DNA of 64,000 nucleotides. Origin: a virus. Lineage: Duplodnaviria > Caudoviricetes. Each line of letters opens with the position of its first letter. The first letter of the stretch is position 1. The notes beneath the pieces are model-generated. The model had not been told where the DNA came from and ran no database searches. It saw only the letters and a list, made by a program, of their open reading frames with translations. This document shows, piece by piece, positions 55,456 through 61,424 of this stretch. The stretch is from positions 1 to 64,000 of the IMG/VR virus record IMGVR_UViG_2974521131_000001; one strand, given 5' to 3'. The position numbers and the translations under genes were made by a program.

Positions 55456-55916
55456 GCCGCGTACTGATCCTCACGAATGACGACCGCCAGGTGCCCGAAA
55501 CGGCATGCTGGTGGCGTCTTCGTTTGCAGCCCAATGAAGATGGCTACGCATGCGTTCACCAGTGGCATGTCGGTGAGGACTGGACACCCGAGAAGTACAT
55601 CCCGTGGTCGGGGCACATCGACTACTTCGATGGTCGCAACGACTGGTCCTGGCCGTACAAGGTCGAGACTCACGTGGTCTACCCGCATCTCAAGGAGAGC
55701 TACTACCAGGAGATCGACTGGCACTCGGTGCGTCCTGGCAGGCCGGTCTACTACCTCGACGTGCTCGACCTCGTTCCTCCGAGCCTCCCGAGCATTCTTG
55801 ATCCAAACCCGGTGGGGTTCTTCAAGTTTTCGAACAGCAAGTGGCATCCACGGGAAACCTGCAGCGAGGCCTGCAGCGAGATGCACACCTACGATTTCGG
55901 GTGTTGCATGAGATAA
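55452..55916 (+). CDS. Hypothetical protein; putative CTG start (alternative GTG 55491)
   Basis: CTGA overlap gives (M)SRVLILTNDDRQVPETACWW... Confidence 0.6.
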   Translation: MSRVLILTNDDRQVPETACWWRLRLQPNEDGYACVHQWHVGEDWTPEKYIPWSGHIDYFDGRNDWSWPYKVETHVVYPHLKESYYQEIDWHSVRPGRPVYYLDVLDLVPPSLPSILDPNPVGFFKFSNSKWHPRETCSEACSEMHTYDFGCCMR

Positions 55917-55932
55917 TGGGTAGAGGAACCCA

Positions 55933-56259
55933 TTGCCAACCAGTAGCAAAAATGGCCCACGTTCACGAGGCCGAACTGGTGGGAAGTATGAACGGGCGAA
56001 GTGGCGCGTACTGAAGGCAAATCAGATCTGCGCCCACCCCGACTGTCGCAAGCTCATCGACCTGGACCTGAAGTGGCCGGATCCCATGAGCCCCACCGTA
56101 AACCACATCATCCCCGTCAAGGAACTGGCCTGGGATGATCCACTCACGTACGACGTGGCCAATCTCGAGCCGATGCACCTGGTGTGCAACCAGCGACTCG
56201 GTGCTGGGCCGCGTAAGAAGAAGCCGAAGCACATGAAGTCCCGCAACTGGCGGGAGTAG
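55933..56259 (+). CDS. HNH endonuclease (packaging-associated type)
   Basis: ICAHPDC...IDLDL...TVNHIIP...NLEPMHLVCN. Confidence 0.85.
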   Translation: MPTSSKNGPRSRGRTGGKYERAKWRVLKANQICAHPDCRKLIDLDLKWPDPMSPTVNHIIPVKELAWDDPLTYDVANLEPMHLVCNQRLGAGPRKKKPKHMKSRNWRE

Positions 56260-56266
56260 GAGCAGC

Positions 56267-56512
56267 ATGAACCCGAGCATCGGACGCATCGTCCACTACC
56301 ACTCGTACGGCACACCAGGGGGCGAGTACCTATCGGAGGCCCGCGCCGCGATCATCACGGCGGTCTACGAGGATGGTCACGAGCTGGCCGACCCGTCGAA
56401 AGTCCATGTGGGACTGGCGGTTCTGAATCCGACGGGCATGTTCTTCAACCAGCTGGTCCCGTTCGCCGAGGAGCCGACGCCGGGGCACTGGAGCTGGCCA
56501 CCACGGGTCTGA
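56267..56512 (+). CDS. Conserved phage hypothetical protein
   Basis: PSIGRIVHY...AAIIT.V...L.VLNP.G..F...W.WPPRV. Confidence 0.75.
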   Translation: MNPSIGRIVHYHSYGTPGGEYLSEARAAIITAVYEDGHELADPSKVHVGLAVLNPTGMFFNQLVPFAEEPTPGHWSWPPRV

Positions 56513-56594
56513 GCAAACCCGTGTTACACTAGAAGTAGGCGTAAGCGCACACGAATGGTGTTGCGCAGCAAACATCATTCAGGTTAGGAATCAC

Positions 56595-56804
56595 ATGGCA
56601 TCCCCCGAGAATCCATTCGTGCCACTCGACCCATCGGACTACAACCTGTCGGGGTCGGCGGCTGCTGAGGCTGCCCTGGCTGGCATTTACAAGCCGCTCG
56701 TCGGCGCTGGCCCGCATCCCGACCTGACCCTGGCCGAGTTGAATCAGCGATTCGACGGCACCGGCACTGCACCTGCACACACGTTCCCGACGCCACAGAA
56801 CTGA
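56595..56804 (+). CDS. Hypothetical protein
   Basis: AGGA RBS; followed by terminator. Confidence 0.7.
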   Translation: MASPENPFVPLDPSDYNLSGSAAAEAALAGIYKPLVGAGPHPDLTLAELNQRFDGTGTAPAHTFPTPQN

Positions 56805-56827
56805 TGTTCTGAGGTCATAGGCCCTCG

Positions 56828-56870
56828 AAGAGGCCCTCGGTCAGCGAATGTGCTGGTCGGGGGCCTCTTT
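56828..56870 (+). terminator. Intrinsic terminator before RNA island
   Basis: AAGAGGCCC...GGGCCTCTTT long hairpin. Confidence 0.7.
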
Positions 56871-56876
56871 GGTTCT

Positions 56877-56907
56877 CCTGTAATCACCTTGGATCCCCGT
56901 CTAATCT
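56877..56907 (+). promoter_or_regulatory. CCTGTAATCA-class promoter for the tRNA/tmRNA island
   Basis: CC-TGTAAT, 17 nt, TAATCT. Confidence 0.7.
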
Positions 56908-57087
56908 TGTTCTTGTCCGGTTCAAGAGGGACCGGAACGAAGCGGTACAGAACGGGGATCCCTTCCCAAATCCCATGTCTTTCAGGGGATTCCCACTGAC
57001 TTCAGGGCATGAAGCACCCAGTTGTCAACCCGACTACCGGGCGCGGTAGTCAACCGACCATCGGGAGATGTCACCCGGTGGTCACCT

Positions 57088-57159
57088 ATGGGCGTGGCTT
57101 GATAGGAAAGCAGCGGTCTCCAAAGCCGCCACACGCAGGTTCGAATCCTGCCGCCCGTG
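57088..57159 (+). tRNA. tRNA-Trp(CCA)
   Basis: ATGGGCG/CGCCCGT acceptor, CTCCAAA loop, TTCGAAT T loop, G73. Confidence 0.85.
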
Positions 57160-57239
57160 CGTTCGTTCGGTCACGACCGAACACCGAACACCTGAATCTT
57201 GATAACTACATAGCGATTATGTTTCAAATGTTTTTCAAT

Positions 57240-57615
57240 GGGGCTGTACTGGTTTCGATTGCGAACCGAGTCCATGGAAGCGTGCCGGGAAGATACGCCC
57301 GTAACAGTTCAACCTTATAAGCGCTGCTTTTGTCGCTGCTGATTACGCCGTAGGTGCGTGATCCGGTGGGGTTCAGAGTTTTACCCGTTTTCTGAACTAT
57401 CCCACCGTCATTCAAACGGGGAACCCTCGCAGGAATTGAGCTGATACGTCGCAAGAGGCTAAATAGCGGAAGTCACCAGCAGAGTCGGAATGGAGACCGG
57501 CAACTGAGCGTGTCGGGCGTCCCACCCCGATGCGACGGAGCGAGTGGGACTACGCACGTAGAAGAATGAGTACAGAGAACGTAAGACGCGGGTTCGATTC
57601 CCGCCAGCTCCACCA
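57240..57615 (+). ncRNA. ssrA: tmRNA; tag (A)AAFVAADYAVGA
   Basis: GGGGCTG...CAGCTCC-A-CCA with G3:U70; T arm; ATAAGC then tag ORF 57323-57361. Confidence 0.95.
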
Positions 57616-57736
57616 GGCCTGGTCGCAGGTTCGAATCCTGCTGCGAGAGTGACGAATACATGGTCTGCAGCCATGTACGAGTTCCCGACGGTTCGCTACC
57701 GACGTGTTCGTATAGCTCAGTGGTTAGAGCAGGGCC
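57616..57736 (+). ncRNA. Circularly permuted tRNA-like element A
   Basis: 3' half (57616-57649) precedes 5' half (57706-57736); acceptor 6/7 and anticodon stem 5/5 complementary. Confidence 0.65.
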
Positions 57737-57912
57737 GATAGACCGGTTTCCTACCTCCGTTCAAAGGGTAGGTGGTGGGATCTGGACCCTAGGCAGTCCC
57801 GATCAGTCCCCGCGAGGACAATGCGTTATAACCCCGTAGCGGTCGACGGTGAGCCGCTGGAGTGGCGACCGATTTGCCTGGCGTTCCCGACCGCCGTCAT
57901 CCGTCGGGATAT

Positions 57913-57985
57913 TGGCCTGTAGCTTAATTGGTAGAGCAGCGAGCTGTTAACTCGCCAGGTGAAGGTTCGAATCCTTCCTAGCCAG
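57913..57985 (+). tRNA. tRNA-Asn(GTT)
   Basis: Canonical D, anticodon and T arms; two acceptor mismatches; G73. Confidence 0.85.
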
Positions 57986-57989
57986 CATT

Positions 57990-58063
57990 GCGGGAGGTCG
58001 CCGGTTCGAATCCGGCCACGGGTCAGATAGCACCCGTGTAGCTCAGTCTGGTAGAGCGCCCGC
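57990..58063 (+). ncRNA. Circularly permuted tRNA-like element B
   Basis: GCGGG-AGGTC-T arm-CACGGGT-8-nt loop-ACCCGTG-TA-D arm-G-CCCGC; all stems Watson-Crick. Confidence 0.8.
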
Positions 58064-58470
58064 GCCAACTTTGGGGCATGGCCCATAAGTCGGGGAGACC
58101 CGGCGAAGGGGGAGAGTGACATCTCCTCGCCCGCAAGGGTTCCCCATGCAATGTCGCTGCAGTGAAGATCGTTTACGGCGGTCTTCGAGATGCGAGCTAC
58201 ACCTAGGTGTCCAGGGCCGTGAACCGGTGGGACGCACCATGCCGTACGTGCGGCTGAAAGGGTTATCGAGCGAGTGTGGGTATGCAGGACAAGGTGGAAG
58301 AACAGTCTGAGGCTTGGCAGCCAAGGGCGGTCACCATGATCGTTTGTGAACTGGTCGACGGGTCAGGGAATACGGGAGAATGCGATGTACCTCGCCAGGG
58401 TGAAGCATCTGAGGTGTGAAGCATTCTGTGCCCCAAAAGGGTTCGGAACTTCATGGGGAAGCACATCTCA
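58064..58470 (+). ncRNA. Large structured non-coding RNA domain (GOLLD-like candidate)
   Basis: No credible ORF; terminal multibranch domain GAGGTGTG...CACATCTC enclosing two stems. Confidence 0.45.
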
Positions 58471-58474
58471 CGTC

Positions 58475-58547
58475 AAACATTTAGCTCAGCAGTAGAGCAT
58501 CTCTTTGGAATAGAGACGGCGGCGGTGCGATTCCGCCAATGTAACCA
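58475..58547 (+). tRNA. Atypical tRNA, anticodon GGA (Ser) without long variable arm
   Basis: TCTCT-TTGGAAT-AGAGA; T loop TGCGATT; 5-bp acceptor; encoded CCA. Confidence 0.55.
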
Positions 58548-58840
58548 AGCAAAAGTTCTTCCCCTGCCGAGAAGCAAAAGCGCCTTAATCCCCGACTGTG
58601 GAGCAGAATCGGGGCCGTCACGAGCCCGCAAGGCGACGGCGGTTTGTAGGCAAGTAGTGCAGCCATGGGACGGCCATCCTAACGGCGAAGCGAAAGTCGC
58701 AGAGTAGCTTTCGGTATGACGAGTGGTTCACGTACGAACCAGGCGTTGCACGTACTCGGGGGACCGAGTGGACAAGTCGGGAATCCATAATCCGACGAAA
58801 GCGTGTGGTCGTGGCGGTTTAGTCTCTAGCCCGCCCAACA
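58548..58840 (+). ncRNA. Structured intergenic RNA of unknown class
   Basis: Several hairpins (CCCCGA/TCGGGG, GCGA-AAG-TCGC, GNRA-like loops); no credible ORF. Confidence 0.35.
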
Positions 58841-58842
58841 AA

Positions 58843-58914
58843 CGGAATGTGCAGCCTAATGGTAAGGCGGGGAGTTCGCGACTCCCGATCCAGGTTCGAG
58901 TCCTGGCGCTCCGG
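58843..58914 (+). tRNA. Atypical tRNA, anticodon CGC (Ala) on a Pro-like body
   Basis: GGGAG-TTCGCGA-CTCCC; C1-G72; no G3:U70; 2-nt acceptor bulge. Confidence 0.55.
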
Positions 58915-59003
58915 CGCTACCCTGTGTGTGCCAGATGCACCCCCGCTGAAAACACAACTATTTCAGGTTGTTTGTTTGCCGGAAACAGCGGGCAGGGTTT
59001 CAA

Positions 59004-59082
59004 TCTCGTCGCGAATTGGCGATCACAGCTGGCTGTAAACTAGCTCCTTCGGGTGTGCAGGTTCGACTCCTGACGGCGAGAC
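59004..59082 (+). tRNA. tRNA-Tyr(GTA), atypical D arm
   Basis: AGCTGG-CTGTAAA-CTAGCT; CC-TTCG-GG variable arm; TCTCGTCG/CGGCGAGA acceptor. Confidence 0.7.
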
Positions 59083-59196
59083 GTAGCGGTGGTGCAACAC
59101 CGCAGGGCGAGGCTGGACGGACCCGCGCACGACACAAGGGCCAGCAGACCCTCGGCTAGTGGAGAGGTGAGCCGACCGAATTGCCTTTCCAGCTAA

Positions 59197-59267
59197 TCCA
59201 GGTTGGTGTAATGGCAGCATGGCAGAATCTGACTCTGCCGATTGAGGTTCGATTCCTTGCCCTGGAT
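59197..59267 (+). tRNA. tRNA-Gln(CTG)
   Basis: GCAGA-ATCTGAC-TCTGC; T1-A72. Confidence 0.8.
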
Positions 59268-59358
59268 CGAGCAGGTAGATGATAATGGCGTAACCGGTGC
59301 TAATGCTGCACTCGCTGAGGATCCTCGGCGCTACCGATCAAAGGTTATACGTCCCAAT

Positions 59359-59434
59359 CAGTCTGAGGTGTAAGTGGTTGCATGAGGCGTTTGGATCGCC
59401 GGGGTTGGGAGTTCGAGTCTCTCCAGACTGACCA
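59359..59434 (+). tRNA. tRNA-Pro(TGG)
   Basis: CAGTCTG/CAGACTG, A73, encoded CCA; TTTGGAT loop. Confidence 0.9.
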
Positions 59435-59471
59435 TCGGGTTGTCGGTAAACACGGGTGTGGAACCGTCATT

Positions 59472-59554
59472 GGAAGGATCCGCTGAATGGTCGGCAACCG
59501 GCGTCGAATACCGGGGCTGGTGCAAGCCAGGGGGTTCGATTCCTCATCCTTCCG
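59472..59554 (+). tRNA. tRNA-Ser(CGA)
   Basis: GGAAGGA/TCCTTCC, G73, long variable arm. Confidence 0.85.
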
Positions 59555-59558
59555 CAAT

Positions 59559-59642
59559 GGAGAATGGAGCCCACCAGGTGGTGGGGACCGATTGCTAATC
59601 GGCTCGCAGCCCCGCTGTGTGGATCGTGCCCACTCTTCTCCG
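59559..59642 (+). tRNA. tRNA-Ser(GCT), non-canonical T loop
   Basis: TTGCTAA loop, long variable arm, T loop ATCGTGC, G73. Confidence 0.7.
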
Positions 59643-59643
59643 C

Positions 59644-59763
59644 GTGAACGCATACAAGTGCAGTGCATGTAAGCGCCCTGTCGGTCTGATGGTCGACGCG
59701 AAGGGCGAGCCCGAGATCTTCAAGTGCCCGAATACCGGGCGTGTGGCCACGGCCACGAAGTAG
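59644..59763 (+). CDS. 39-aa zinc-ribbon-like peptide in tRNA array
   Basis: MNAYKCSACKRPVG...FKCPNTG; high GC3; no RBS. Confidence 0.6.
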   Translation: MNAYKCSACKRPVGLMVDAKGEPEIFKCPNTGRVATATK

Positions 59764-59832
59764 TTCCTAGGATGCGCCGTCGAGCTTCAAAATGCTCGTA
59801 TAGCCGAGGCGCAGAAGAGTATCGGCTCCAAT

Positions 59833-59907
59833 CGGTTCGTAGCTCAGTTTGGCAAGAGCGCTGGCTTGAAACCCCAGAGGCCCCAGGTTCGACTCCTGGC
59901 GTTCCGG
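59833..59907 (+). tRNA. tRNA-Phe(GAA)
   Basis: Canonical D and T arms; TTGAAAC loop; two U-U acceptor mismatches. Confidence 0.75.
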
Positions 59908-60047
59908 CGTAAAAGGGAAACCAGATCCGTCCGCTACTGGTGAAAAGCGGCGCAGGCCACGGAGATACATAGGCAGCCTGGGAAAATTGCCCCCGTGTAA
60001 CAACTCGAAGCCGATGACCCAGTGAGGCGATAAACAACCTGGGCTAT

Positions 60048-60119
60048 TGCGCGGTAGTGAAATCGGGATCACAGGAGTTTCATACGCTTCCATTATGGGT
60101 TCGAGTCCCATCTGCGCAA
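60048..60119 (+). tRNA. tRNA-Met(CAT), elongator type (or Ile2)
   Basis: TGCGCGG/CTGCGCA; TTCATAC loop; lacks initiator features. Confidence 0.8.
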
Positions 60120-60199
60120 CGACGTATCAGGTTCTGCAAGGGGTAGGTAAAAGGGTCCACGCCCCAGTGGTCCGTCCTGGTACACAACGAAAGGCAAGT

Positions 60200-60400
60200 A
60201 TGACCGCGAAGCTTCGCACTGGTATCGCCCACATCGACATCGTCCGCACGGTGAACGATCTGATCGACCAGGTCGAGGAACTGAAGGAGTTCTGTTACGC
60301 GGTGGCTGACGAGCCCGCTGAGGCCCCGAAGAAGGCCACGGCACGCAAGGCCCCGGCCAAGAAGGCTGAGGACGCCAGCGAGGCTGACAAGGGGGAGTAA
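60200..60400 (+). CDS. Hypothetical protein with Lys/Ala-rich tail in tRNA array
   Basis: AAGG RBS; very high GC3. Confidence 0.75.
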   Translation: MTAKLRTGIAHIDIVRTVNDLIDQVEELKEFCYAVADEPAEAPKKATARKAPAKKAEDASEADKGE

Positions 60401-60408
60401 TCCCCATT

Positions 60409-60487
60409 CCCGATGTTGAGCAGTGGAGCGCTCAATGGGCTACGAACCCATATTCGCATGCAGGTTCGAATCCTGTCATCGGGTCCA
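60409..60487 (+). tRNA. tRNA-Arg(ACG)
   Basis: CCCGATG/CATCGGG; ATGGG-CTACGAA-CCCAT; encoded CCA. Confidence 0.88.
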
Positions 60488-60489
60488 TA

Positions 60490-60562
60490 CCTCTTGTAGC
60501 TCAATCGGTTAGAGCAGCGGTTTGTGAAGCCGCAGACCACGGATCGTAACCGTGCAGGGGGA
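60490..60562 (+). tRNA. tRNA-His(GTG) lacking G-1:C73
   Basis: GCGGT-TTGTGAA-GCCGC; T loop ATCGTAA; A73. Confidence 0.75.
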
Positions 60563-60567
60563 CCGTG

Positions 60568-60666
60568 TTGGTGTGCCCATATCGCCCCGCGCCATGGCTA
60601 GCGGGATCATCGACGTACTTGGAAGGCAGGGGTGGCCACCCTTCGGGTTCGAATCCCGGCACCAGC
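60568..60666 (+). pseudogene. Degenerate class-II tRNA-like element
   Basis: TTGGTGT/GCACCAG acceptor, intact T arm, variable hairpin; no proper anticodon stem. Confidence 0.4.
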
Positions 60667-60671
60667 CCTAT

Positions 60672-60743
60672 GTCGAGATGACAGAGTGGCGATGTGACGG
60701 TCTGCAAAGCCGATCTACGCCGGTTCGAATCCGGCTCTCGATT
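60672..60743 (+). tRNA. tRNA-Cys(GCA)
   Basis: CTGCAAA loop; U73. Confidence 0.88.
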
Positions 60744-60755
60744 CTAGGAGAGACT

Positions 60756-61007
60756 GTGGGAGCACAACTCTCAGCAGCCGAAGCCGCGAGGATGCGAGCT
60801 GCACTCGACTGGGTGGAGAACCACCCGGTCAGCAAGGACCGCCACGTGCAGCTGGTGGCGGCACTCGTTGACGAGATGCGTCTAGCTGAAGACACTTCGG
60901 ACCTGCGTCCGTGGTTCAACCGGCTGATTCAGATCAACGACGAACTTGATAGAACTCACGGTCGGATTCCCACGGTGGATGACTGGCCGGGAGATATGGA
61001 TCTGTAG
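60756..61007 (+). CDS. Hypothetical protein in tRNA array; 3' end overlaps tRNA-Leu(TAG)
   Basis: AGGAG RBS, GTG start. Confidence 0.7.
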   Translation: MGAQLSAAEAARMRAALDWVENHPVSKDRHVQLVAALVDEMRLAEDTSDLRPWFNRLIQINDELDRTHGRIPTVDDWPGDMDL

Positions 61008-61071
61008 CCCAAATGGAAGAGGCAACAGGCTTAGACCCTGTTCAGTGTGGGTTCGACTCCCTCCAGATTCA
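60998..61071 (+). tRNA. tRNA-Leu(TAG), short variable loop
   Basis: ACAGG-CTTAGAC-CCTGT; A73. Confidence 0.8.
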
Positions 61072-61075
61072 CTCT

Positions 61076-61150
61076 GCTCGACTAGGCAAACTAGGCAAAG
61101 CCGCAGGCCTCAAAAGCCAGTGTTTGCGAGTTCGAATCTCGCGTCGAGTA
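61076..61150 (+). tRNA. tRNA-Leu(CAA), short variable loop
   Basis: CTCAAAA loop; GCTCGAC/GTCGAGT; A73. Confidence 0.8.
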
Positions 61151-61188
61151 CAACGCTGTATTCCCGAGGCGCTATATCGGGAAGCCAT

Positions 61189-61259
61189 GGGCTCGTAGCT
61201 GAGTGGTTTAGCTCCGTCCTCTTAAGTCGGAGACGTAGGTTCGATTCCTACCGGGCTCA
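61189..61259 (+). tRNA. tRNA-Lys(CTT)
   Basis: CTCTTAA loop; canonical T arm. Confidence 0.85.
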
Positions 61260-61260
61260 C

Positions 61261-61336
61261 TGTGATGTCGTCCAACGGTTTAGGGCACCGATCTGATACA
61301 TCGGAAACCAGGGTTCAACTCCCTGCTTCACTACCA
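61261..61336 (+). tRNA. tRNA-Ile(GAT)
   Basis: CCGAT-CTGATAC-ATCGG; encoded CCA. Confidence 0.82.
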
Positions 61337-61340
61337 CTTC

Positions 61341-61407
61341 GCGGCAGTTCCGGAAAGTGCTGGGCGTCCTAAGCCCGAGCAAGGGTGTTCGAGTCACCTC
61401 TGTCGCA
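61341..61407 (+). tRNA. tRNA-Arg(CCT) with truncated D arm
   Basis: GCGGCAG/CTGTCGC; TGGGC-GTCCTAA-GCCCG; only 13 nt between acceptor and anticodon stems. Confidence 0.6.
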
Positions 61408-61424
61408 CAACACAATTCAACATC

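Noticed and set aside
57616-58063. Complete YrlA Y RNA / Ro60 system
   Set aside because: No extended Ro60-binding stem can form on either module and no Ro60/TROVE gene is in the window; kept only as an alternative hypothesis
58214-58256. Resemblance to group II intron domain V (GGCCGT...CGTACGTGCGGCT)
   Set aside because: Catalytic triad and bulge geometry do not fit, no domain VI or intron-encoded protein, no interrupted gene
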